A stretch of 64,000 nucleotides of DNA from the IMG/VR virus record IMGVR_UViG_3300016484_000310, positions 1 through 64,000 of that record; one strand, written 5' to 3'. Position 1 is the stretch's first letter; the number at the start of each line of letters is the position of its first letter. Of this stretch, positions 6,866-15,836 are shown piece after piece. A program made the translations under genes and the position numbers. Source of the DNA: a virus. The notes under the pieces are model-generated. The model did no database searches, was not told the origin of the DNA, and saw only the letters and a list, made by a program, of their open reading frames with translations.

Positions 6866-7147
6866 ATGAGCGTAAACATCTACCCTGCCCATGTTGTCGA
6901 GAAGACCATCAACCATGCTGACAACTGGGATGATGACTCGACCATGAATGTGGCCAATGCCAATTTCTGGTCCCTCGTCGATGAATACAAACTGAACCAC
7001 ATCATCACCAGTGTTCCGGGTCATATCACCCTCAAGGCTCTGGAAACGGCCATGATGATGCACCAGTCTCCTCGCTACGATGAGAGACTGAAGAAGCTCT
7101 GTGCCCAAGCACATGTGCTGAAGGCTCGTTACATCGCCTTCTCGTGA
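6866..7147 (+). CDS. hypothetical protein (93 aa)
   Basis: SD AGGAG before the ATG. Confidence 0.55.
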   Translation: MSVNIYPAHVVEKTINHADNWDDDSTMNVANANFWSLVDEYKLNHIITSVPGHITLKALETAMMMHQSPRYDERLKKLCAQAHVLKARYIAFS

Positions 7148-7171
7148 TGACACCCATCAACTTCAACTAGG

Positions 7172-7586
7172 ATGCAAGCCATGTTTGAACAACTGACCCC
7201 GATGGAATACCTCCAGTGCGAGATCGCCTGCAAAGCCGACAAGGCTTTCGAGAAAGAGACGTGGAAGAACCGTTTGGAGTTCTTCTCGACTCTGGATTTG
7301 GACGACAAAAAGATGATCAAGGCTGCTTCCAACCCCATTGGCCTGAAGGCTGCCATTCTGGCCTACCAACAGGCTGTGAAGGGTGAAGCCATTGGCTACA
7401 TGGTGTCTTTGGATGCTTGCTCCAGTGGTCTTCAGATCCTCTCTCTGCTGGTCTCCTGCGAGAAGAGCTTCGACCTTTGTGGTGGCGTGGCTGACAAGTG
7501 TGTGGACTCTTACACCACCATCTATGAAGCCATGCAGCTCAATGGTCGTCTGACTCGGAAGGCTGTGAAGCAAGCCATCATGACCT
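7172..7586 (+). CDS. N4 gp16-like RNA polymerase II large subunit (RNAP2), exon 1
   Basis: T7-like motif A SLDACSSGLQIL (about 7412-7435). Ends in the first half of motif B, KQAIMT. Predicted 5' splice site after T7586. Confidence 0.8.
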
Positions 7587-8413
7587 TTTGAGAAATGGGG
7601 TCAAACGGGTGGTAACATCCGTTAAGCAAATGTGTGAACTCAGGGAACCTCCCAACAGTTAGGCTGTGGACAATCCTGATCGAAGCCTTTACCACATGTG
7701 TATAGACCAAACCAAAGGTATGATACGCATGGAAGTCCGTCACTGCACAACTTGCAACACAACCAAACTGATCACTGACTTTCCAAAAGCCAAAGTGAAT
7801 CGTGTAGGGTTTCGTGACGCTACTCAATATAGCCCCTGTAAAGCATGTAATGCTCATAGGGCTAGAGAATGGCGTAGCAAAAACAAAGGTTATCGTGGTT
7901 CTGGTCGCATGACCAAATACGAAAACAAACCTTTGATTTCCGCAATCAGAACCAGACTTAGAGAAGCTCAAACGAGAATCAAAAAGTTTGGCAAGATTCC
8001 AACAGATCTCACAGAAGAATATCTCTATGAGCTGTTTAACAACCAACAAGGTAAATGTGCCCTGCTTGGTTATGACATGAAAATTCAGAGAGATCATCCT
8101 CTGAGTCTTTCCTTGGATCAAATCGAACCAAGCAAAGGATATGTCATTGGAAATGTGCAATGGGTCACTTGGATCTCTAATAGAGCTAAAGGTGATATGA
8201 ACCAAGACGACTTTTATCGCATGTGTGAACTTGCGATTGAGTATCGGAACGAGCAACGACTATCCCTCACGGGAGTAGGACCAAGTGGTCCGAAGCGCAC
8301 ATCTCCTGAGTAATCAGGATGAAGATATAGTCTGGTCTGCCAAGTAATTGGTAGCAGTCCTGAAATGAACCAACAGGACGGGCAAGGATTAACGACCCTT
8401 GTTGAACACAACG
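7587..8413 (+). mobile_element. group I intron (827 nt) carrying an HNH ORF
   Basis: P1: exon TGACCT (7581-7586) pairs with GGGTCA (7598-7603), with U.G at the cleavage site. AAGATATAGTC (8322-8332) matches the conserved group I S element. The stem ATCCTGAT (7673-7680)/ATCAGGAT (8313-8320) closes the ORF loop. The terminal nucleotide is G8413. Confidence 0.75.
7666..8313 (+). CDS. intron-encoded HNH-family homing endonuclease (start uncertain: 7666 GTG, 7696, 7720 or 7729 ATG)
   Basis: Cys pairs CTTC and CKAC. C-terminal LSLDQIEPSKGYVIGNVQWVTWISNRAKG resembles an HNH/endonuclease core. GC is lower than the flanking exons. Confidence 0.65.
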   Translation: MDNPDRSLYHMCIDQTKGMIRMEVRHCTTCNTTKLITDFPKAKVNRVGFRDATQYSPCKACNAHRAREWRSKNKGYRGSGRMTKYENKPLISAIRTRLREAQTRIKKFGKIPTDLTEEYLYELFNNQQGKCALLGYDMKIQRDHPLSLSLDQIEPSKGYVIGNVQWVTWISNRAKGDMNQDDFYRMCELAIEYRNEQRLSLTGVGPSGPKRTSPE

Positions 8414-9192
8414 CACTCTATGGTTCGACTGCTACCCCGGAAGCTGTGTTCGGTGACAACATCGACCTCTTTTATGAAACCATGGGACTGATGGCTCCCG
8501 GTGCATGGGATCTGAACCAAGGACTTCAAGACCTCTGGGAGATGTTCAAGTCCTCTGATTACGCATGGGTGCTGCCTGACAACTTCCATGCCTACATCGA
8601 GACGAAGACATCTGAGATCGTTCCCTTCACCTTCCTGAACACGCCCTACAAGCTGGTGAGGAAGATTGACGGTCGTCCTGAGTTCCACAAGGGACTTGGC
8701 CCCAATCTGATCCACTCGATTGATGGCATGATCGTGAGGGAGATGTTCCGTCGTTGCAGTTACGATCCGAAGACCATCACTCGGGTCAATGATCTGCTCA
8801 TCGTCGGAGCCAACGGAACCAATGGGAAATCTGGTCCCATGGTTCAGACTCTCTGGAACCACTACACGGAGACCGGGTTCCTCAGCACCCGGATCTTTGA
8901 CTACCTGTTCCATGACACCATTGGGCTGGTTGATCAGACTATCATCAAAGCTCTGATCGACACTCTTCCTGCTCAACCCTTTGACATGGTGTCGGTCCAT
9001 GACTGCTTCAGATGCCATCCGAACTATGGCAACGACCTTCGTCGTCAGTATCAGCACATCCTTGCTGATCTGAATGACTCTCACCTTCTGTCCAACCTGT
9101 GTTCTCAGATCGCAGGCAAGAAAGTGAAAACCAAGAAAGTCGGTCATCTGACTCGTCAGACCATCATGGAGTCCAACTATATGCTTGCATGA
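8414..9192 (+). CDS. RNAP2, exon 2
   Basis: Resumes with (S)LYGS, the second half of motif B. Then GLGPNLIHSIDG and motif C SVHDCF (about 8995-9009). Exons 1 and 2 total 1194 nt, which is 398 codons in frame. Confidence 0.8.
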
Positions 9193-9213
9193 TGTAAGCT
9201 CGCATAACACAAT

Positions 9214-9248
9214 GACTCACTCCTTAATTGGAGTGAGTCTAATTTTTT
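9214..9248 (+). terminator. rho-independent terminator
   Basis: GACTCACTCC-TTAATT-GGAGTGAGTC followed by TAATTTTTT. Confidence 0.8.
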
Positions 9249-9260
9249 AAGGAGACAAAA

Positions 9261-9791
9261 ATGCTGACTCAACAAGACGTTCAACAGCTATTAGACTACG
9301 ATTCTACAACTGGATTGCTTTATTGGAAGACAAGATCTCCAGATTTGTTTAATAACCAAAGACTGTGTAATTCTTGGAATGCTCAATACGCAGGAAAAGA
9401 GGCTTTTACTTCTGATAATGGTCGTGGGTATAAACAAGGAACAATTAACAACAAACTATATAAAGCCCATAGAATCATTTTTCTAATGAACTATGGGTAT
9501 TGGCCAGATCAAATTGATCATATTGATCAAAATAGGTCAAACAATCGTCTTTCAAATCTAAGAGAAGTTTCAAATACAGAAAATCAGAAAAATGCAAGAA
9601 AAAGAGTAGACAACACTAGTGGTAAAACAGGGGTCACTTGGAACAAACTTGTAAATGCTTGGTATGCTCGTATTGGGGTTAATGGTGTTAAGGTAACTAT
9701 TGGTAGATTTGATACAAAAGAAGAAGCAATCAAAGCTAGACTTGAAGCTGAAAAACTCTACAACTACCATCCTAACCATGGTAAGGGATAG
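9261..9791 (+). CDS. free-standing HNH-AP2 homing endonuclease (AT-rich paralogue)
   Basis: Contains QIDHIDQNRSNNRLSNLREVSNTENQKN plus an AP2-like segment. Its last residues, AEKLYNYHPNHG, match those of 3566..4078. Visibly lower GC. Confidence 0.8.
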   Translation: MLTQQDVQQLLDYDSTTGLLYWKTRSPDLFNNQRLCNSWNAQYAGKEAFTSDNGRGYKQGTINNKLYKAHRIIFLMNYGYWPDQIDHIDQNRSNNRLSNLREVSNTENQKNARKRVDNTSGKTGVTWNKLVNAWYARIGVNGVKVTIGRFDTKEEAIKARLEAEKLYNYHPNHGKG

Positions 9792-9813
9792 GCCAAATTT
9801 TTTGGAGACAGCC

Positions 9814-9999
9814 ATGACTGAACGTTACTACAGCTATGACGATAAGAATCTGATCGTCTACCATTCTGAAGAGTTTCCAGATGATCCAAATCTGATCTAC
9901 CTCGGAACTTCAGACAATCCAAACCCAGCAATGGCTGCTGCTGTCTTTCTCAAGGATGGAAAGATCAATTCTGGTTTTCGCCTTCGCAAACTGAATTGA
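9814..9999 (+). CDS. hypothetical protein (61 aa)
   Basis: SD GGAGA before ATG 9814. Internal start of track ORF 9700..9999. Confidence 0.45.
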   Translation: MTERYYSYDDKNLIVYHSEEFPDDPNLIYLGTSDNPNPAMAAAVFLKDGKINSGFRLRKLN

Positions 10000-10050
10000 C
10001 TTCTCTCCTTGGTTTTCTGGGATAGTTGATCCCACCACAGGAGAGTAATC

Positions 10051-11250
10051 ATGACCCAAACCCTTACCCCTTCGGAAGCGAAGGAGTTCATCACGAATGC
10101 TCTGATGCTTCGTGAAATTCCATATCTGTCTGGTCCTCCCGGTATTGGAAAGTCTGACATCGTGGCTCAAGTGGCTGAAGACTTCGGTCTCATGCTGCTC
10201 GATATTCGTTTGAGCCAGATGCTTCCTGAAGACCTGACTGGTCTTCCCAGTCTCGATACCAAGACGGGCAAAGCTGAATACAACCCTTTCTCGACCTTTC
10301 CCATGAAAGGGGACAAGATTCCTGACGGCTACAATGGCTGGCTGATCTTTCTGGACGAGATGAGTTCGGCTTCTGAAGAAGTCTTCGCTGCTATCTACAG
10401 CCTGCTTCTGGGTCATCGTGTGGGTGGGAAAGAAGTCCATCCCAAGGCTCTCATCGTGGCTGCTGGCAACCGTTCCAGTGATTCGGCCATCGCTCGTGAG
10501 CTGCCGGATACCCTCATCACCCGGATGCTTCCCATCACCATGACTGTCAGCCATCGTGATTGGGTCATGTGGGCAACGGACCCTGCAACCAAGGGTCATG
10601 AAGGTGTGATCGACTTCATCAAGAAGTATCCCGACACCCTGAATACCACTGTGGAGGCTTCCAAACGTGATGAACTGGAGACTTTCCCGACTCCTCGTGG
10701 TTGGGGAAAAGCCATGAAAATCATGCACTTCCATGAGAAGCAGGCTTCCAAGAACAAGATCACCCGGAAGGATGCTGCTGGCATTCCCATGAATGACCAG
10801 AATTCGGCAATGCCCATCACTCCTCAGATTCACAGCCTGCTGGAAGCTGCTGTGGGTATGGCTGCTGCCAAGAGCTTCCAAGAGCACTACGATGAGGCAA
10901 TCTCGTTGCCTTACCCTTGGGAGATCGCTCAATCCCCCAGCTCCGCCCGGATCCCGAATAACACCATTGGAAAAGCCAAGCTGGTCGCAGATCTCGCTGA
11001 CTTCTTCATTGGAACACAAGATCAGTCACGAGATGCTATCCTCCAATACATCAACCGGATGGACCCTGAGCAAGCCGCTCTCTTTGCTCAGATGATGGTG
11101 GAGAAGCTCGGTGATACTCCAACTGATCGTCGGATGATCCAGACCATCAAGAAGCGGCTGAATGTCACTGACATCTCTGTTCCGACTCCTGATGCTTCTG
11201 CTGATCCCATGAATGGGATGGTGTTCCCCAAAGGAACCATGATCCCATGA
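10051..11250 (+). CDS. MoxR-type AAA+ ATPase
   Basis: Walker A LSGPPGIGKSDIV. Walker B WLIFLDEMS. Followed by AAGNR. 399 aa. Confidence 0.8.
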   Translation: MTQTLTPSEAKEFITNALMLREIPYLSGPPGIGKSDIVAQVAEDFGLMLLDIRLSQMLPEDLTGLPSLDTKTGKAEYNPFSTFPMKGDKIPDGYNGWLIFLDEMSSASEEVFAAIYSLLLGHRVGGKEVHPKALIVAAGNRSSDSAIARELPDTLITRMLPITMTVSHRDWVMWATDPATKGHEGVIDFIKKYPDTLNTTVEASKRDELETFPTPRGWGKAMKIMHFHEKQASKNKITRKDAAGIPMNDQNSAMPITPQIHSLLEAAVGMAAAKSFQEHYDEAISLPYPWEIAQSPSSARIPNNTIGKAKLVADLADFFIGTQDQSRDAILQYINRMDPEQAALFAQMMVEKLGDTPTDRRMIQTIKKRLNVTDISVPTPDASADPMNGMVFPKGTMIP

Positions 11251-12533
11251 GCAACCTTCTCCCAGTCAACTCTCCGTTGATGCCTCAGTTCCCAGTGTCA
11301 GGAGTTACGGCTCCTGATCCTGCGGCACCTGCTGCTCCCAAGACGTGGGAAGCTCATGCACTTCGTCCTCTGGTCGAAGACATCTTCAGGAAAGACCCTC
11401 GATTCGTGGGTCTCTCCCGTTTCATCGTGAATGTCAGGATCTTCTGGTCTTTCGAGATTCCGACTGCTTGTGCTGGCCATGGGTTCATCTTCTTCAACCC
11501 AAACTTCTGGGATTCCATCCCTGAAGAGACTCGCAAGACAGTCATGGCTCATGAAGTCTGGCACCTCATCCTGAAGCATCTGGAACGTGGTGAAAAGTGT
11601 GATCCTGTGATCCACAACGAAGCATGTGACCATGTGATCAACCTGAGTCTGGAAGCTGATGGTTTCACTTTCGATGGAACTAATCCTCTCAAGGATCCTG
11701 TCCACAGAGGAAAATCCAGTGAACAGATCTACAATGAGATCTGGGAAGATCGGAAAAAGAACCCTCCGAAACCTCAACCCGGTATGGTCTCCAAAGACCA
11801 GATCGAACAGCTCATCAAAGATCAGCTTGCTGCTGACGCTGCTGCTGGTGGTCCCAACAAGACCTTGAACCAGCAGAAAGAAGAAGCTGCCAAGCACGCT
11901 GATGAAGCTCAGAAAGGTTGTGGATCTTCTCCGGGCCAAGCCAACATCAAGTTGGACCTGACCAAGAACAAGATCTTCATTCAGAGAGCTACCTACGACA
12001 AGATCTTCGAAGAGTATCTCGTAGATCCTCTGTCTGGTGGAAAGCGAACATTCATGCGACCCTCTCGTCGTTCCCATGGTTCGCCTTCCAAGCTCATCAC
12101 TCCGGGAAGATTCCCCAAGCGTGGTCACAAGAACCGTCTGACACATCTGGTCTATGCTCTGGATGTTTCTGGCTCCATCACCAGACAGCAAGCTCAACAA
12201 TTTCATGATTCGGTGCGAACCATCAAGGAACTGCTGAACCCTGAAAAGCTGACTGTGCTTCTCTTCGATACTCGGATCGTCTTCGAAAAGACCTTTACCG
12301 ACCGGGAGAAGTATGGAAACATCAACGTTCAGGCAGGTGGTGGAACGGATCTCAGAGATGTCTACAAGCGGATGCGAGACCTTGGTGCAGAAGCCATGGT
12401 CTGTTTCACTGACCTCTGTGTCACGATTCCTCCCAAACCAGAATGGGAATCTATCTGGATCGTTCCTCACATGAACTGTGCGATCCCTCCCGGCCTGTAT
12501 GGTGAGGTCTACCTCATCCCACCGATCAAGTAA
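11247..12533 (+). CDS. VWA-domain protein with N-terminal HExxH (metallopeptidase-like) domain
   Basis: HEVWHLILKH motif. MIDAS-like VYALDVSGS. ATGA overlap with the AAA+ gene. Confidence 0.7.
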   Translation: MSNLLPVNSPLMPQFPVSGVTAPDPAAPAAPKTWEAHALRPLVEDIFRKDPRFVGLSRFIVNVRIFWSFEIPTACAGHGFIFFNPNFWDSIPEETRKTVMAHEVWHLILKHLERGEKCDPVIHNEACDHVINLSLEADGFTFDGTNPLKDPVHRGKSSEQIYNEIWEDRKKNPPKPQPGMVSKDQIEQLIKDQLAADAAAGGPNKTLNQQKEEAAKHADEAQKGCGSSPGQANIKLDLTKNKIFIQRATYDKIFEEYLVDPLSGGKRTFMRPSRRSHGSPSKLITPGRFPKRGHKNRLTHLVYALDVSGSITRQQAQQFHDSVRTIKELLNPEKLTVLLFDTRIVFEKTFTDREKYGNINVQAGGGTDLRDVYKRMRDLGAEAMVCFTDLCVTIPPKPEWESIWIVPHMNCAIPPGLYGEVYLIPPIK

Positions 12534-12542
12534 GGAAAGATC

Positions 12543-13049
12543 ATGATCGTCAATCGACAGTCGCTGCTTCGTGCAGCACCTCTGACTCCCATGGAGACAG
12601 AGAAAATCCGCTACCAAGGAACCTCCTATGGTCTCTCAGAAGCGGGATATGACCTTCGGATCAAGCAAGACATCACGTTCATCAAAGACGCTTTTGGTGA
12701 TCGTGTGGTGGTAAAAGACCCGGATGCTGGAGAAGAAACCTTCTTCGGCTCCTTCTGTTTGGCGTCCACCATCGAGAAGTTTCAGATGCCTGACTTCTTG
12801 GTCGCCAAGATCCATGACAAGTCCACTTGGGCACGTCAGGCTCTTTCGGTCTTCAACACCATTGTTGAACCGGGATGGCATGGCTGGCTGACTCTGGAGT
12901 TGGTCTACCATGGACAATCAACTCTGCATATTCCCGCTGGTTCGGGGATTGCTCAGGCCCTGTTCGATCAGATCACTGATCCTTCTTCTTACGGGGAGGG
13001 GAAGTATCAGAACGCAGGAAACTTCCCCCAACCTGCCATCAAAGCTTGA
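12543..13049 (+). CDS. dCTP deaminase / dUTPase-superfamily protein
   Basis: EAGYDLRI and GWHGWLTLELVYHG motifs are typical of the dCTP deaminase fold. Confidence 0.65.
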   Translation: MIVNRQSLLRAAPLTPMETEKIRYQGTSYGLSEAGYDLRIKQDITFIKDAFGDRVVVKDPDAGEETFFGSFCLASTIEKFQMPDFLVAKIHDKSTWARQALSVFNTIVEPGWHGWLTLELVYHGQSTLHIPAGSGIAQALFDQITDPSSYGEGKYQNAGNFPQPAIKA

Positions 13050-13060
13050 GGAGAAAGCCA

Positions 13061-13582
13061 ATGGCCAAGACTGCTGAAAAAACTGCTCTGACTCTCCATG
13101 TGGACCCTCGTGTCCGCATGAAGGAAGTCCGGGCAATGGTCCAGAACCATGTGAACGGAAAGGCTGTGAGCGAAGATCTGGGTCATCTGGCCCATCTTGG
13201 CGATCTGCCTGACAACATGGCTGACGCCCGTCGTGTGATCGTCGCTGTCCAAGACCTCCATGAGGATGAACGGACTCGTCATCGCAAGGCAACCCAGCAC
13301 ATCTGTTCTCTGGTTCACATCCTTGAGGGGATGGCTGAATACCAAGAAGAACTGCTGGCAATGATCGACCAACTCGGTCGTGAAAACGGGCAACTCCGTG
13401 AACATCTGGGTATGGCTGAACGTCATCAGACCCAGATCACCAAAGAAATGCGTCGTTCTCAGCAAGAGCGTGATGCAGTTCTTCTGACCATGAAACTGCT
13501 GAATGGTCAGCAACCCCAACCGACCAGCCAAGAGACTTCGATGTCGATGGTTCTGCGTCGTGATGAAAGGAACGGAATCTAA
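13061..13582 (+). CDS. hypothetical coiled-coil protein
   Basis: SD GAGGAGAAA before ATG 13061. The track ORF starts at TTG 13046. Confidence 0.55.
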   Translation: MAKTAEKTALTLHVDPRVRMKEVRAMVQNHVNGKAVSEDLGHLAHLGDLPDNMADARRVIVAVQDLHEDERTRHRKATQHICSLVHILEGMAEYQEELLAMIDQLGRENGQLREHLGMAERHQTQITKEMRRSQQERDAVLLTMKLLNGQQPQPTSQETSMSMVLRRDERNGI

Positions 13583-13833
13583 TGGGACAAATCTTTGCTG
13601 GAGGATTCATGGCCATTGGCCTTGTCCTTTTCGTCATCCTGATGGTCACTCTGGGAACCCTTTTCGGTGGGATCGCAGGATGGATTGTCGGTCTCTTCTT
13701 TACCGACACCATCATGGGCACCATGAACCGTTTCGGTGTTGACACCATGGGCATGACCATGTGGCAACTGGGTGCAACTCTAGGCTTTGTGGGTGGGTTC
13801 TTCAAATCCACCAAGGTGCAGAAAAATGGCTGA
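13582..13833 (+). CDS. small multi-pass membrane protein
   Basis: TAATG overlap. Two or three hydrophobic helices. Confidence 0.55.
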   Translation: MGQIFAGGFMAIGLVLFVILMVTLGTLFGGIAGWIVGLFFTDTIMGTMNRFGVDTMGMTMWQLGATLGFVGGFFKSTKVQKNG

Positions 13834-15193
13834 TCGTCGCAAACCCAAACTGCTGATTATCGGTCATGCTCGTCATGGCAAAGATACCTTTGCTGAGCTG
13901 CTCCGTGACAAACTGGGTCTGGCCTTTACCTCCTCCTCCCATTTCGTGGGGGAGGAGTGTATTTGGCCCATGTGGGGAAAAGAGCGGTATCCGACTTTCG
14001 AAGCCATGTTCGAAGATCGGGTGAACAACCGCAAACTGTGGGCTGATCTCATCTCTGCCTACAATACCCCTGACAAGACCAGAACTGCTCGAACCATGCT
14101 GGAACGTGGCTATGACATGTATGTCGGAATGCGTCGAATGGACGAATTCGTGGCATGTAATCACGCCAAGCTGTTCGACTATGTGATCTGGGTTGATGCT
14201 TCCAAGCGTCTTCCCCCTGAAGGTGCAGACTCCAATGAGATGGTCCCCAATCTGGCTCACCTCTTTGTATCCAACAACGGTTCTCTGGAGACTTTGAACG
14301 AATACGCTGATCTGCTTCAGAAAAAGCTTCACGAAGAGGGCTTTGATGTCGGAATGGATGGTCCGAAAACCCTCGAATGGACCGACATGCCTGAAGGAGC
14401 AGTTCGTGTTCTCGACCATGGTTTCTTTATTGTCCGTGAGGTCATGGGATCTGACAAAGCAATCGCTGACTCAGCCCGCATGAGCTATGGACGGGGAACC
14501 AAGAAGACCAACACTGATGAGGGTCTCATCAACTATCTGGTTCACAATCATCATACCTCTCCTCTGGAGATGGGTGAGATTCGTGTCCACATGAGGCTCC
14601 CCATCTTTGTCATGAGGCAACTCATCAGGCATCGAACAGCCAACGTGAACGAATACTCGGGTCGCTTTTCCGAGATGGTTCGTCTATTCTACATCCCTGA
14701 ATTTGAACACATTTGTCACCAAGACACTGTGAACAAGCAGGGATCGGCTGAACCTCTGGACAAGGAAACTGCTGCTGAAGTCCAGATGGAAATGCTTCGT
14801 ATCTCGAACGAAGCTTTCGACACCTATGAGAAACTTCTGGAGAAGAAGGTCTCTCGTGAAACTGCTCGGATGGTGCTTCCCCTGAACACCTATACCGAGT
14901 GTGTCTGGAAGATCGACATCAACAATCTGACCAAGCTCCTGAAGCTGCGTGACGACTCTCATGCTCAATATGAGATCAGGGTCTATGCAAAGCTTCTGGC
15001 CGAAGCTCTTCAGCATTTCTTCCCTGCTGTCTACTCGGCTTATGAGCGTGACAAAGGACGGGTGAGCCTGAATAAGGATCAGCTCCGTGCTTTGATGACT
15101 GGCCATCTGGTCAATCTGAGCAATTCCGAAGCCAAGGTTGTTCGTGACCTCTTGAACGAACACGATATTCCGGTATTTGAATCGGAAGAATGA
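13826..15193 (+). CDS. thyX: fusion: P-loop dNMP-kinase-like domain plus flavin-dependent thymidylate synthase ThyX
   Basis: N-terminal LLIIGHARHGKDTFAELL. From about 14399, the ThyX fold with the signature RHRTANVNEYSGRFS. Confidence 0.8.
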   Translation: MADRRKPKLLIIGHARHGKDTFAELLRDKLGLAFTSSSHFVGEECIWPMWGKERYPTFEAMFEDRVNNRKLWADLISAYNTPDKTRTARTMLERGYDMYVGMRRMDEFVACNHAKLFDYVIWVDASKRLPPEGADSNEMVPNLAHLFVSNNGSLETLNEYADLLQKKLHEEGFDVGMDGPKTLEWTDMPEGAVRVLDHGFFIVREVMGSDKAIADSARMSYGRGTKKTNTDEGLINYLVHNHHTSPLEMGEIRVHMRLPIFVMRQLIRHRTANVNEYSGRFSEMVRLFYIPEFEHICHQDTVNKQGSAEPLDKETAAEVQMEMLRISNEAFDTYEKLLEKKVSRETARMVLPLNTYTECVWKIDINNLTKLLKLRDDSHAQYEIRVYAKLLAEALQHFFPAVYSAYERDKGRVSLNKDQLRALMTGHLVNLSNSEAKVVRDLLNEHDIPVFESEE

Positions 15194-15268
15194 TTCGGTT
15201 GCCCTGACTGGGGGGTAAAACCCAGCGGTAAGTGGATAGAGCCGTCTTGCGCGAGACAATCATCCATC

Positions 15269-15315
15269 AGACGGAACCAGCATCTACCTCCTATGCTGGT
15301 TCCGTCTTCCATTTT
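15269..15315 (+). terminator. strong rho-independent terminator
   Basis: 15-bp stem AGACGGAACCAGCAT/ATGCTGGTTCCGTCT with a 9-nt loop, followed by TCCATTTT. Confidence 0.85.
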
Positions 15316-15362
15316 CCCAACTTCATGTTATAGCTCATCCAACTTCACTGGGAGTTAGCCAA

Positions 15363-15836
15363 ATGAGCACCAAAATGCCCAAGATTTCGGTAAAACGTGG
15401 AGACGATTTCCGTCTTGATATTACTGTGCAAGATCTGAATAGTGATGACTCACTTACAGCCAAAGCTAATTTGGAAGCTACTCGAACGACATACGATGCG
15501 GCTATAGCTGCAACTCCCCAAATTCCATCCAATATTGCTGCTGCTCAGAATGCACTGACAAATGCTCAAACAGCATACGATTTAGCCATCAAAGTGGACA
15601 TCTCTCTCTGGACAATTTCCTCCAGCCTTGCTTGGGCTGGAAAACTGATTTCAACCTTTGTCGTCACAAAAACTGACCCACGAAATGGAGTCTTCTCTGT
15701 TCGACTTCCAAGCACTGAAACAGCTCTTTGGAAACCTAGAGTCTATGAAGCAGACATCCAATTTGTCCGTCCAGAGGGGAGGATCTCATCTAAGACTTTC
15801 CAAATCTCTGTAGAAAGAGATGTGGCAAATGGCTGA
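15363..15836 (+). CDS. hypothetical protein, possibly fibre-associated
   Basis: SD GGGAG. AT-richer than the core genome. Lies directly upstream of and overlaps the collagen-like gene. The fibre association is inferred from context only. Confidence 0.5.
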   Translation: MSTKMPKISVKRGDDFRLDITVQDLNSDDSLTAKANLEATRTTYDAAIAATPQIPSNIAAAQNALTNAQTAYDLAIKVDISLWTISSSLAWAGKLISTFVVTKTDPRNGVFSVRLPSTETALWKPRVYEADIQFVRPEGRISSKTFQISVERDVANG

